This document shows, piece by piece, positions 41,492 to 51,172 of a stretch of 64,000 nucleotides of DNA. Position 1 is the first letter of the stretch. Each line of letters starts with the position of its first letter. A model generated the notes under the pieces. The model was not told the DNA's origin and made no database searches. It saw only the letters and a list, made by a program, of their open reading frames with translations. The DNA comes from Gemmatimonadales bacterium (GTDB lineage Bacteria > Gemmatimonadota > Gemmatimonadetes > Gemmatimonadales > GWC2-71-9), in the NCBI GenBank assembly GCA_039794085.1, contig JBDIWC010000015.1, positions 14,513 to 78,512 of the forward strand, read 5' to 3'. A program made the translations under genes and the position numbers.

Positions 41492-43132
41492 ATGCCACCG
41501 TTCGTGACCCGCGCCCTCGTCCTGAGTCTCCTGACCACCGCCACCCTGAACGGGCAGGTTCCCGGGGAGCAGGGGACGATGGTCATCGTGGTCGGCCAGG
41601 AGGGATCTCTGCCCATCCCCACCCTGATTTCCGGCACCGCCAACCGCGACGTGGCCGATCTGCTCTTTCTCCGGCTCGCCGAACTCGGGCCCGCTCTCAC
41701 CACCCGCGGCGACACCGGATTCGAACCCCGGCTCGCCCGGTCCTGGACCCGGCGAGACTCCCTTACCGTCGCCTTTGACCTCGACCCCCGGGCCCGATGG
41801 CACGATGGAACGCCCGTCACCTCCCGCGACGTGACGTTCAGTTTCGGCCGGTTCCGCGATCCCACCGTGTCCCCCCAGGTGGCCCAGGCGCTGCGCCATG
41901 TGAAGGAGGTCCGAACTGAGGGCATCCAACGCGTGGTCTTCACCTTCGACCGGGCCTACGGGGAGCAGGTCTACGATCTGATCCAGCACGTTCAGATCCT
42001 TCCGGCGCACCTGCTGGCCAGCATCCCTCACTCCGCCCTCTCCTCCTCGGCCTTCGCCCGCGCACCGGTGGGAAGCGGTCCCTACCGGTGGGTCCGTCGC
42101 GATCCGGGGCGCCTGCTCGAACTGGCCGCGGTGCCGGAGTTCTTTCTCGGGGAACCGAAGATCAGGAGAGTGGTCTTCCTGCTCGCCCGCGACCCCGACG
42201 CCCAGCTCAATCTTCTTCTCGACGGCACGGGAGACGCCCTGCAGAACATCGCCGCCTCGGCGGTACCGCGGATCCGCCAGCGGGCCGGCCTGGAGGTGGT
42301 CCCCGTCCCCACCTTCTCGATCGGCTACCTGCTCTTCAACCTGAAGGCCCCCGGTGATCCCTCCCGGCCTCACCCCATTCTGGGGGACCGCGAGGTCCGG
42401 CGAGCCCTTGCCCTCGCCACCGACCGCGAGACCCTGGTCCGCGCGGCCTTGGGGAACTTCGGGACGGTGCCCGAGGGTCCGGTGGCCCAGTTGCACTGGT
42501 TCCGCGATGCCACCGCCCGCGGGACCCCGTTCGACCCCTCGGCGGCCCGCCGCATTCTCTCCGAGCGGGGGTGGAGAGATACCGATGGAGACGGGATCGT
42601 CGACCGGAACGGAGTTCCTCTTGTGCTCCGCCTCAACTTTCCGGGCACCAATGTGATCCGTGGTGCCATGGCGCCCCTGATCCAGTCACAATGGCGCGCC
42701 GTGGGTGTGCGCCTCGACCTGGTGCGTCTCGATGGACCGGTCTGGGCGGAGCGGCGGAATCGCGGGGAGTTCGAGGTGGATTTTTCCCAGGGCGCCTTCG
42801 ACCCGTCGCCGATGACCCTGAATCAGGGGTTCTCGTGCGCGGCCATCGGCGGAGCCAACGTGGGCGGCTACTGCAACCCCGCGCTCGACTCCCTGATTGC
42901 CCGCACCGCGGCGATGCCGGAACCGGGAGCCGCCGAGTGGCAGCGCGTGGTGCGCCAGATCGTGGACGACGCGCCCGCCGTCTTCGTGTACGCCCTCACC
43001 AATGCCATGGTCATGCACCAACGGTTTCAGCGCACCCGGATCCCCCCCACGAGCTACTGGTCCGACATCTGGCGTTGGTCGGTCCGCCCGGGCCGCCAGC
43101 TTTCCCGCGATCGCGACCAGGACCGCCGGTGA
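41492..43132 (+). CDS. oppA: Peptide/nickel ABC transporter substrate-binding protein
   Basis: LARSW, ARWHDGTPVTSRDV.FS, PVGSGPYR, EVRRAL..A.DR; signal peptide. Confidence 0.9.
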   Translation: MPPFVTRALVLSLLTTATLNGQVPGEQGTMVIVVGQEGSLPIPTLISGTANRDVADLLFLRLAELGPALTTRGDTGFEPRLARSWTRRDSLTVAFDLDPRARWHDGTPVTSRDVTFSFGRFRDPTVSPQVAQALRHVKEVRTEGIQRVVFTFDRAYGEQVYDLIQHVQILPAHLLASIPHSALSSSAFARAPVGSGPYRWVRRDPGRLLELAAVPEFFLGEPKIRRVVFLLARDPDAQLNLLLDGTGDALQNIAASAVPRIRQRAGLEVVPVPTFSIGYLLFNLKAPGDPSRPHPILGDREVRRALALATDRETLVRAALGNFGTVPEGPVAQLHWFRDATARGTPFDPSAARRILSERGWRDTDGDGIVDRNGVPLVLRLNFPGTNVIRGAMAPLIQSQWRAVGVRLDLVRLDGPVWAERRNRGEFEVDFSQGAFDPSPMTLNQGFSCAAIGGANVGGYCNPALDSLIARTAAMPEPGAAEWQRVVRQIVDDAPAVFVYALTNAMVMHQRFQRTRIPPTSYWSDIWRWSVRPGRQLSRDRDQDRR

Positions 43133-44103
43133 CACGGTGGCTCGTCCGGCGCCTGACGCATGCGGCGGCCACTTTCCTGGTGGTGACGATCCTGCTCTTT
43201 CTTCTCATGAGGCTCGCACCGGGTGATCCCCTGAGTCGGCTGGTGGACCAACAGCAGATGTCAGCCGACGAGATGGCGGTGCTCCGGGCCCGCTTCGGCC
43301 TGGATCAGCCCCTGGGCCGCCAGTTCCTGACGTTCATGACGGGGCTCCCCTCGGGCAATCTGGGCGTCTCCATCGAACACTACCCCGACCGGGTGTCGAC
43401 CCTCCTGCGCGAGCGGCTCGGCCCCTCCCTGTTGCTCGGGGGCGTCGTGCTGGTGCTCAATTTCACGCTCGGCATCTGGCTCGGGGTGCTGCAGGCCACG
43501 CACCGCGGATCCCGGCTCGACCGGTGGCTCACCCGCCTCTCCCTGACCGGATATTCCCTCCCCAGCTTCTGGCTCGCCCTGATGCTGGTGGCCCTGGTGA
43601 GCCTCCAGTGGGATCTCCTTCCCGCCGCGCAGATGACCGACCCCCTGCTGAGCGCCGAGGCGCCGTGGTGGGAGAGAACAGCGGACATCGGCCGGCACCT
43701 CATCCTTCCCGCCCTGACCCTCAGCATCGTCAGTCTCGCCACCACCATGCGGTACCAGCGCACCGCGATGCTGGAGGTGATGCGACTCGATTTCGTGCGG
43801 GCCGCCTCCGCCCGGGGGCTCTCCGCCACCCGGGTCCGCTGGCGTCATGCCTGGCGCAACGCTCTCTTCCCGCTCCTCACCCTCCTCGGGCTCTGGCTCC
43901 CCTTTCTGGTGACGGGCTCGGTCTTTGTCGAGGCGATCTTCAACTGGCCGGGAATCGGGTCCCTTGCGGCCGAAGCGATTCTGGGACGGGATTATCCGTT
44001 GCTGCAGGGAACCGCCATGCTCGCCGCCGCACTGGTGCTTACCGGCAACCTCCTTGCCGATCTCGGGCATCTCCTCCTCGATCCCCGGACCCGCACCGCA
44101 TGA
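43129..44103 (+). CDS. oppB: Peptide ABC transporter permease
   Basis: LAPGDP, FGLDQPL..Q, HLILPA.TL, DFVRAASARGL, RDYPLLQG. Confidence 0.92.
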   Translation: MTRWLVRRLTHAAATFLVVTILLFLLMRLAPGDPLSRLVDQQQMSADEMAVLRARFGLDQPLGRQFLTFMTGLPSGNLGVSIEHYPDRVSTLLRERLGPSLLLGGVVLVLNFTLGIWLGVLQATHRGSRLDRWLTRLSLTGYSLPSFWLALMLVALVSLQWDLLPAAQMTDPLLSAEAPWWERTADIGRHLILPALTLSIVSLATTMRYQRTAMLEVMRLDFVRAASARGLSATRVRWRHAWRNALFPLLTLLGLWLPFLVTGSVFVEAIFNWPGIGSLAAEAILGRDYPLLQGTAMLAAALVLTGNLLADLGHLLLDPRTRTA

Positions 44104-44942
44104 CCGGCGCGATCCTCGATACCATTCGAACCGCCTGGCGGAGCCCGAGTGGTCGGGCGGGGCTCCTGATCCTGGGGCTTCTGGTGGCAACCGCCATCCT
44201 GGCCCCTCCCCTGCTTCCCGATCCCCTGGCCACGCCCGATCCCATCGCCGGGGCCACTCCTCCCGCGCTGGCGCACCCGTTCGGGACCGACCCCTTGAGC
44301 CGGGACATCCTCGCGCGCGTGGTGGCCGGGGCCCGGGTGAGTCTGAGCGTCGCCGGGCTCGGGGTAATCATCGCTCTCACCACCGGCGCCCTGGTTGGCC
44401 TCGTGGCGGGGCATGTCGGAGGGCTCACCGATACCATTCTCATGCGGACGGTGGACGGTGCGATGGCCATTCCCCGGCTCTTCGCCCTTCTCCTCCTCAC
44501 GCTCGCCTGGGAGCGCATTCCCCTCGGCGCCCTCATCCTCGTCATCGGCGCCACGGGATGGTTCGGCACCAGCCGGCTGGTGCGCGGCGAGGTGCTCCGC
44601 CTCCGGGGCGCCGGCCACATCACCGCGGCACGCGCCCTGGGGGCCGGTTCCTGGCGCCTCATCACCCGACACCTGCTGCCCAACACCACGGGGCCTCTTC
44701 TCGTGGCGGCCACTCTGGGGGTGGGAGAGGTGATCCTCCTCGAGGCCGGCCTCTCCTTTCTCGGGGTCGGCGTACAGCCCCCGACTCCGTCGTGGGGAGG
44801 GATGATCCTCGATGCCCGCCCCGTGCTCCTCACCGCCCCCTGGGCCTCCCTCTTTCCGGGTCTTGCCATCGTGATCACCGTGCTGGCCGTCAACCTGGTG
44901 GGCGACGCCCTCCGCGCCGCCTTCGACCCCAGGAGCGCATAG
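44100..44942 (+). CDS. oppC: Peptide ABC transporter permease
   Basis: HPFGTD.L.RD, GARVSL, HLLPN, LSFLGVG.QPP.PSWG. Confidence 0.92.
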   Translation: MTGAILDTIRTAWRSPSGRAGLLILGLLVATAILAPPLLPDPLATPDPIAGATPPALAHPFGTDPLSRDILARVVAGARVSLSVAGLGVIIALTTGALVGLVAGHVGGLTDTILMRTVDGAMAIPRLFALLLLTLAWERIPLGALILVIGATGWFGTSRLVRGEVLRLRGAGHITAARALGAGSWRLITRHLLPNTTGPLLVAATLGVGEVILLEAGLSFLGVGVQPPTPSWGGMILDARPVLLTAPWASLFPGLAIVITVLAVNLVGDALRAAFDPRSA

Positions 44943-45908
44943 ATGCTTACGGTGCGCAACCTGCGAGTGGGGTTTCACCTGGGCGGTACGCTGGTGACCC
45001 CGGTGGACGGGGTTTCCTTCGACATCGCGCGCGGGGAAACCCTGGCCCTGGTCGGCGAGTCGGGATGCGGAAAGAGCCTGACCAGCCTGGCGCTCCTCCG
45101 TCTCCTTCCTCCTCCGGGAGAGATCCTGTCCGGCAGCGAGATCCGTCTGGACGGGGAGGACATCCTCGCCCTGAAGGCCCCCGCCCTCCGGGCCATCCGG
45201 GGCGGACGGATCGGGATGATTTTCCAGGATCCGATGACCAGTCTCAATCCGGTCCTCACCGTCGGGTCCCAGGTGGCCGAAGCGATCACCGCGCACGAAA
45301 GAGTGGGACGGCAGCAGGTCCGGGAACGGGTGCTTGCTCTATTCGACGAGGTGGGGATCCCCGACCCTGCCGATCGCTACCGCGCCTACCCGCACCAGCT
45401 GAGCGGCGGGCTGCGGCAGCGGGTCATGATCGCCATCGCCCTCGCCGCCCAACCCGATCTCCTTCTCGCCGATGAGCCCACCACGGCACTCGATGTCACG
45501 GTGCAGGCCCAGATCCTGGAGTTGCTCGATCGTCTTCGGGAATCCCGCGGCATGGGGATTCTCCTCATCACCCACGACCTCGGCATCGTGGCCGGTCGTG
45601 CCGACCGCATCGCCGTGATGTACGCCGGGCAGATCGTCGAGGAGGGGACCACCGCCGCCGTCTTTGCGAATCCGGGCCATCCCTATACCCGCGGACTCTT
45701 CGGGTCCATCCCGTCGCTCACCGGTCCCCGGGTGCGACTGTCACCCATTCCCGGAGTGGTTCCTCAACCCAATCGCTGGCCCTCCGGATGCCGGTTCCAC
45801 CCGCGATGCCCCGAGGTGATGGATCGGTGTGCCCGCGAGGCGCCGGTCGTCTCGACCCCCGCCCACGGCGGATCCTGCCGGTGCTGGCTCGTCACGGAGG
45901 ACCCATGA
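44943..45908 (+). CDS. oppD: Peptide ABC transporter ATP-binding protein
   Basis: [26 protein letters not shown]-terminal Cys cluster. Confidence 0.93.
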   Translation: MLTVRNLRVGFHLGGTLVTPVDGVSFDIARGETLALVGESGCGKSLTSLALLRLLPPPGEILSGSEIRLDGEDILALKAPALRAIRGGRIGMIFQDPMTSLNPVLTVGSQVAEAITAHERVGRQQVRERVLALFDEVGIPDPADRYRAYPHQLSGGLRQRVMIAIALAAQPDLLLADEPTTALDVTVQAQILELLDRLRESRGMGILLITHDLGIVAGRADRIAVMYAGQIVEEGTTAAVFANPGHPYTRGLFGSIPSLTGPRVRLSPIPGVVPQPNRWPSGCRFHPRCPEVMDRCAREAPVVSTPAHGGSCRCWLVTEDP

Positions 45909-46891
45909 CGAGCCCCACCCCCCTTCTGGCGGTCCGCGACCTGGTGAAGCACTATCGGAGCGGAGGGTGGCTCGCCGGACCATCGCGGACGGTGCATGCG
46001 GTGAACGGCGTGAGTTTCGAGGTGGCACCCGGGGAAACTCTCGCGCTGGTGGGTGAATCGGGGTGCGGCAAGACCTCCGTGGGCCGCACCGTGCTCCGGT
46101 TACAGGACCCGACGTCGGGGCAGGTTCTCTTCGAGGGCTCTGATCTCTTTGCACTCGACCGGCGAACCCTGCGCGCACTCCGGCGCCGGATGCAGATCAT
46201 CTTCCAGGATCCCTACAGTTCACTCGACCCCCGCATGACGATCGGACGATCGGTGGGAGAGGGTCTGGAGATCCACCGTCTGGTTCCGGCCCGGGAGATC
46301 CCCGGACGGGTGGGGGATCTCCTGGCGGAGGTCGGTCTCGACCCCGACGCCGCGGGACGGTACCCTCACGAGTTCTCGGGAGGCCAGCGGCAGCGCATCG
46401 GGATCGCCCGGGCGCTGGCGGTCGAACCGGTGTTTCTCGTCTGTGATGAGCCGGTCTCGGCGCTCGACGTGTCGGTCCAGGCCCAGGTGCTCAATCTCCT
46501 CACCGACCTCCAGCGTGACCGGGGCCTCGCCTATCTCTTCATTGCCCATGATCTCGCGGTGGTCCGGCATGTGGCCCACCGGGTGGCGGTGATGTACCTG
46601 GGCCGGTTCATGGAGGTGGGGGAAACGGCGTCCCTCATCTCGTCGCCCCGTCACCCCTATACCCGGGCCCTCGTGTCCGCCGTGCCCGACCCCGATCCCG
46701 GCCGCCAGTACACCCGCATCCTGCTTCCCGGGGACCCGCCAAGCGCCACCGTCCTACCCCCGGGATGTCCCTTCGCGGGCCGCTGCTATCATCGGTTGAA
46801 GGACGCCCGGTGCACCTGCGAGCGCCCCGAGCTGCGGCCGGTGGGCGGGTCGCTGGTGGCGTGTCACTACGCTGAGGAGGAGCCGGTGTGA
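45905..46891 (+). CDS. oppF: Peptide ABC transporter ATP-binding protein
   Basis: GESGCGKT, YPHEFSGGQRQR, CDEPVSALD, GCPF..RC...VACH. Confidence 0.93.
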   Translation: MTSPTPLLAVRDLVKHYRSGGWLAGPSRTVHAVNGVSFEVAPGETLALVGESGCGKTSVGRTVLRLQDPTSGQVLFEGSDLFALDRRTLRALRRRMQIIFQDPYSSLDPRMTIGRSVGEGLEIHRLVPAREIPGRVGDLLAEVGLDPDAAGRYPHEFSGGQRQRIGIARALAVEPVFLVCDEPVSALDVSVQAQVLNLLTDLQRDRGLAYLFIAHDLAVVRHVAHRVAVMYLGRFMEVGETASLISSPRHPYTRALVSAVPDPDPGRQYTRILLPGDPPSATVLPPGCPFAGRCYHRLKDARCTCERPELRPVGGSLVACHYAEEEPV

Positions 46892-46938
46892 CGCCTCCGC
46901 CCGCACTGGTCCATGGAGCCCAGGGCATCCCCGGGACC

Positions 46939-46964
46939 GTCATTCCGGCGAAAGCCGGAATCCA
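46939..46964 (+). repeat. REP-like hairpin (GTCA-stem-TCCA type)
   Basis: GTCATTCCGGCGAAAGCCGGAATCCA; relatives at 57455, 57611 and 63784. Confidence 0.75.
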
Positions 46965-47186
46965 TGCTCAGTTTTCAGCTTTCAGTATTCAGTTAGGGGC
47001 GGCTGAGTGCCGCACTGGAATCCGGGCCCTGTCATGCCCAACCCCGGGGGCGCTGGAACCACTCGTGTACGAGTATGGGTACGAGTACGGGTACGTGCAG
47101 TACTCCGTCCTTCAGGACCCGTCACCGCAGGGGGCGTGGATCGGTTTCATCTGCGTCATCTGCGGTTCCGCCAGAAAGGAAACATC

Positions 47187-47996
47187 ATGCCGACGGCACG
47201 ACTGTGGCAGATCGACGCCTTCGCCGACCGCGTCTTCACCGGCAATCCCGCTGCGGTCTGTCTCCTCCCGCACGCGGTGCCCGACCTCTGGATGCAGCAA
47301 CTCGCCGAGGAGATGAACCTGTCGGAGACGGCCTTCCTCCTCCCGGTCTCCGCGGGGAAATTCGGGCTCCGGTGGTTCACACCGACGACCGAGGTGGACC
47401 TCTGCGGTCATGCCACCCTCGCCTCCGCCTGGGCCCTGGGCGATGCCTCCCTCGCGCCGCCGGATGCGCCGGTTCGATTTCTCACCCGCAGCGGGGTACT
47501 CACCGCCACGCGGGCAGCCGACGGACTCGTCTCCCTCGATTTCCCGGCGACACCCGTCGATCGCGAAGGCGACGAGGTCTCGGCCGCCCTGATCCGGGGT
47601 CTGGGAACGGACCGGTTCGAGGTGATCGGCCGCCATGAGGACATCCTGGTCTTCCTCCCCGGCGCGGCGGCACTCCGCGCGCTGCGACCCGACATGACGG
47701 CGCTGGCCTCACTCGATGCACGCGGCATCATCGTCACCTCCGCGTCCGACACCGACGGGGTGGACTTCCTCTCGCGGTTTTTCGGACCCGCGGTCGGGGT
47801 GCCGGAGGACCCCGTGACCGGCTCGGCCCATTGCACCCTGGGCCCCTGGTGGGCGGCGCGCCTGGGCCGAAACCATCTGGTCGGCATGCAGGCGTCGCGC
47901 CGCGGGGGGCGGGTCGAGGTCCTCGTGAACGGTTCACGGGTGACCCTGCGCGGGACGGCGGTGCCGGTGTTCCGGACCTCGGTCGAGCTACCGTAA
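47187..47996 (+). CDS. PhzF family isomerase/epimerase
   Basis: QIDAF....FTGNPAAV, NLSETAF, LRWFTPT.EVDLCGHATLA, EDPVTGSAH. Confidence 0.93.
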   Translation: MPTARLWQIDAFADRVFTGNPAAVCLLPHAVPDLWMQQLAEEMNLSETAFLLPVSAGKFGLRWFTPTTEVDLCGHATLASAWALGDASLAPPDAPVRFLTRSGVLTATRAADGLVSLDFPATPVDREGDEVSAALIRGLGTDRFEVIGRHEDILVFLPGAAALRALRPDMTALASLDARGIIVTSASDTDGVDFLSRFFGPAVGVPEDPVTGSAHCTLGPWWAARLGRNHLVGMQASRRGGRVEVLVNGSRVTLRGTAVPVFRTSVELP

Positions 47997-48022
47997 TCGG
48001 GCTGGGTCCAAATGGAGGCCCA

Positions 48023-48224
48023 TTGTGGGTGCGCCGATTGGACACCTTGTGGGTGCGCCGATTGGACACCTTGTGGGTGCGCCGATTGGACACCTTGTGG
48101 GTGCGCCGCTTGCGGCGCACCAGAGGGGAAGCCCATTTCCTCGTTTCAGGGTGCGCCGCTTGCGGCGCACCAGAGGGGAAGCCCATTTCCTCGTTTCAGG
48201 GTGCGCCGCAAGCGGCGCACCCAC
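48023..48224. repeat. Tandem REP-derived array (24-bp x3, then 50-bp-period palindromes x3)
   Basis: GTGGGTGCGCCGATTGGACACCTT x3; GGGTGCGCCGCTTGCGGCGCACC palindromes at 48099, 48149 and 48199 (last with GCAAGC loop) with identical spacers. Confidence 0.85.
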
Positions 48225-48266
48225 GGAAGGCAGCCGGAGGTTCTATCACCAGGGAGCAGGCACGGC

Positions 48267-49403
48267 TCAGGAACTGACGAGTCCTCGCACCCGGATCCCC
48301 CCGTTCGACGTCAGGAACGCCGACCGGAGAGCAACCCCCGACACCCGGCTGACCGCAGTGGCCGTCTCCGGCGTCAGGAGGGCCAGCCCAGGCGCCCCGG
48401 GCCGCGCCGACCGTGCCAGCTCCCCCAGCTCGGCGTGGACCCCTCTCAGCGCCTCTGGACGCCCCACACGCACCCCATAGGGAGGGTTGCTCACTATCAG
48501 ACTCCCGGACGACGAACCACGCCAATCACGCAGGTCGGCCCGTCTCCAGGTGACGTCCTCCGCCACACCGGCGCGCTCCGCGTTCCGCTCCGCGGCAGCC
48601 AGTGCAGTGACACTCCTGTCTCCCCCCATGATCGGAGCTGTTGCCCGGGGGAGGATTCCGGCCCGAGCCTCCTCCCGGACCCGCGCCGCCAGCGCCGGGT
48701 CATGGCCCGGCCACCGTTCGCAGGCGAAGGACCGGTTCAGCCCCGGGGGGATCCGTCGGGCGATGAGAGCCGCCTCGATGGGGAAGGTCCCCGATCCCGA
48801 CATGGGATCGAGCAGCGGAGTGGTTCCACTCCATCCGGATGCCATGAGGAGTGCCGCGGCGATAGTCTCCCGAACCGGCGCCTCACCTCCCTCCGACCGG
48901 TATCCCCGCCGGTGCAGGTTGACCCCCGACGAATCCACCCGCACCTGGCATCGATCGTGGGACATACGGACGAGGACGAGCTGCGATGCGCTCTCCTCCA
49001 CCTCCGACCCGGGGACAACCGTCCAGCCGGAATCCACCTTGGCGAGCACGCCAGCCACCCGCTCGGCGATCCCTCGTTGATGGTACAGGCGCGAAGTACG
49101 CGAGGTGACTCGAAGCGACACCGGGACGCCCTTCGGAAGGACCCGTGACCAAGGGAGTGCGGCCAGCCGATCCTCCAACTGGTAGAAGGTGGCCGCATGG
49201 AACTCCCCGATCCGCACCAAAATCCGGCTCGCGGTGCGGAGATGAAGGTTGGCCAGGAAGAGACCCCGCGAGTCGGTCCGGATCCCGACGCCCCCCGGCT
49301 CCGTTCCATCCACCGTGAGTCCGAGGTCGCGACACTCGCCGGCCGTGATCTCCTCGACTCCCGGAGGCGTCACGACGTGGCACTCGAGCTGCTCAGCTTT
49401 CAT
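48267..49403 (-). CDS. THUMP-domain RNA methyltransferase (RlmL/YpsC-like)
   Basis: ANLHLRTASRIL, DSSG..LHRRGYR, APVRETIAAALL, LLDPMSGSGT, SNPPYG. Confidence 0.88.
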   Translation of the reverse strand: MKAEQLECHVVTPPGVEEITAGECRDLGLTVDGTEPGGVGIRTDSRGLFLANLHLRTASRILVRIGEFHAATFYQLEDRLAALPWSRVLPKGVPVSLRVTSRTSRLYHQRGIAERVAGVLAKVDSGWTVVPGSEVEESASQLVLVRMSHDRCQVRVDSSGVNLHRRGYRSEGGEAPVRETIAAALLMASGWSGTTPLLDPMSGSGTFPIEAALIARRIPPGLNRSFACERWPGHDPALAARVREEARAGILPRATAPIMGGDRSVTALAAAERNAERAGVAEDVTWRRADLRDWRGSSSGSLIVSNPPYGVRVGRPEALRGVHAELGELARSARPGAPGLALLTPETATAVSRVSGVALRSAFLTSNGGIRVRGLVSS

Positions 49404-49435
49404 CGCGGGAATGTACTCGGGGATACCGATGCTTG

Positions 49436-49613
49436 GAGGGCGCCGCTTGCCGTCGTGGGTGCGCCGCTTGCCGTCGTGGGTGCGCCTTTTGCCGTCGTGG
49501 GTGCGCCTTTTGCGGCGCGCCGGGCCGTTCGTGAACGGCCCGTACAATGCGTCCACATCCAACCAGCGGCGGCCTACGGCCGCCGGTGGGTGCGCCGCAA
49601 GCGGCGCACCTAC
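49436..49613. repeat. Tandem REP-derived array (21-bp units) plus a complete palindrome
   Basis: GTGGGTGCGCC(GC/TT)TTGCCGTC at 49455 and 49476, variant at 49497; GTGGGTGCGCCGCAAGCGGCGCACCTAC at 49586-49613. Confidence 0.85.
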
Positions 49614-49656
49614 AGGTCGTGGTCATCCACAAGTTTGCTTCCTGCAAAATGCACAA

Positions 49657-49682
49657 CGGGGAGGAGCCGAAGCCCCTCCCCG
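49657..49682 (-). terminator. Possible terminator hairpin downstream of susD
   Basis: CGGGGAGG...CCTCCCCG stem followed on the minus strand by TTGTGCATTTT. Confidence 0.45.
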
Positions 49683-49731
49683 CCGTATGACCTACGTCCT
49701 ATGTCCTACGTCCTGCGTCCTGCTGGTCCCA

Positions 49732-51162
49732 TCACGCCGCGTCGCTGAGACAACCGCGGACGTTGATCTGGCCGGCGTCCTGCGCCGCCTTGTAGAGCGT
49801 GTTCTGCTCCATGACGACGTTGATGGGGAAGGTCACGTCCGTGCCGTAGTTGCCGCCCTTGAAGAACTCGCCGTTGGGGAACACAGCAGACTGGCTCCGG
49901 CTGTACTGCCGCACCAGACGGCGGAGATCTCCGTACCGGTGTCCCTCTCCGAAGAGCCAGAAGGCCTTTTCACGGAAGAGGAGATCCTCCCGCGCGGTGG
50001 TGCTTCCGGGATCGGTGAGAGGCGCCAGACCCGTGACACCGGCCCGCAGGGCGTTGAGCTTGGCCAGCATCCCCGACGCGTCTCCGGCGTTCAGCAGCGC
50101 CTCGGCCTCCATCAGGCGTGCCTCGGTTCCCGAGGCCACCACAACTTCGTCCTCGAAGGTGAGGTACTTGAGGAGGTCGTATTGGGGCGTGCTGGTGTCG
50201 AACCCGACGTCGGTTCCACCGCCGGTCCGGGTCCAGGGCACCCGGGGATCGGCCTGGGAGGGGTCGGTACCATTCCCGGCACCCCGGAAGGGGAGTCCGT
50301 TGATCCCTTCGTTGTGGGCGATCGACCAGCGCTCGTTCTGCGTGTTGAACACGAAGATGCCGTTCCGGTTTCCGTTGGTGGAGTGGAAGGCGAGATACTG
50401 GAAGTTATCCGGCACATTCGCCAGCAGCGCGGCAGCCGCGTTGAACTGGCTCTTGCCCAGGTTCATCATGGCCCGGGCCTTGGCCACTGTGGCAAAGTTC
50501 CGGATGACGTTCCCGGCCCCGGGGGCCCCGGCAATGGCGGCGTCGAACCGGGTGATCGCCTCGGTGAACATCTCGGCGGTGGTGAGAGGAGCACCATCCA
50601 CGAGGTTTCCGCCCTCGTCGAGGCCGTCGAACGGCATCCCGGCGCAGAACTGCTCGCCCGCCATCAGGAAGGCGAAGCCCTCCATGGCGAGCGACTCGGT
50701 CACCCGGGCGTCGCCGGCGACCGTGCTTCCGGTGGCGAGCAGCGCCCGCTGGGCCCGGAGTGCCTGAATTCGTGCCGTGTGCAGATTCCGCAGCATGCCG
50801 CCGATGGTGCCGTTGTTGGCGTCGTCGGAGCGCTGGTCATAGGTGACGCGGGTGCTGAAGGTTCCGGAGTGCATCCACTCATCGGTCGCCATGCCGCTCA
50901 TCAAGGCGAAACCTTCCGTTCCCCCGTTGTTCCCGGAGAAGGAGACGGAGAAGAGGCCGACCGCGCCGGAGTAGAGCGCGTTGGCTCCATCCGCCGTCTG
51001 CACCGCCCCCGGGGCGATCTCGTCCCGGGGGTTCACCTTCACCAGGTCGTCCGCGATGCCGCTCTCGCATCCGGCAAGGAGGAGCGTGGCGGCGGTGAGG
51101 AGGAGGCCACCCGCCCCCGTCCGAAAAGTTCTCATGAGATTCAAGTCCTTGGTATGAGTCAC
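49732..51162 (-). CDS. SusD/RagB-like outer-membrane lipoprotein
   Basis: Lipobox LLAGC; EARLMEAEA, LNALRA, REKAFWLFGEGHR.GDLRR; GAGGAGG RBS before the GTG; follows susC. Confidence 0.88.
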   Translation of the reverse strand: MTHTKDLNLMRTFRTGAGGLLLTAATLLLAGCESGIADDLVKVNPRDEIAPGAVQTADGANALYSGAVGLFSVSFSGNNGGTEGFALMSGMATDEWMHSGTFSTRVTYDQRSDDANNGTIGGMLRNLHTARIQALRAQRALLATGSTVAGDARVTESLAMEGFAFLMAGEQFCAGMPFDGLDEGGNLVDGAPLTTAEMFTEAITRFDAAIAGAPGAGNVIRNFATVAKARAMMNLGKSQFNAAAALLANVPDNFQYLAFHSTNGNRNGIFVFNTQNERWSIAHNEGINGLPFRGAGNGTDPSQADPRVPWTRTGGGTDVGFDTSTPQYDLLKYLTFEDEVVVASGTEARLMEAEALLNAGDASGMLAKLNALRAGVTGLAPLTDPGSTTAREDLLFREKAFWLFGEGHRYGDLRRLVRQYSRSQSAVFPNGEFFKGGNYGTDVTFPINVVMEQNTLYKAAQDAGQINVRGCLSDAA

Positions 51163-51172
51163 GGGTTCCTCC

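Noticed and set aside
46888..47186. ORF 46888-47316 and the N-terminal extension of PhzF
   Set aside because: The region is a patchwork of REP and microsatellite motifs. PhzF starts at 47187 after an AAGGA RBS.
48023..48224. Possible CRISPR array (palindromic repeat at 50-bp period)
   Set aside because: Spacers are identical, there are only three units, and no cas genes are present. It is a tandem REP-type repeat.
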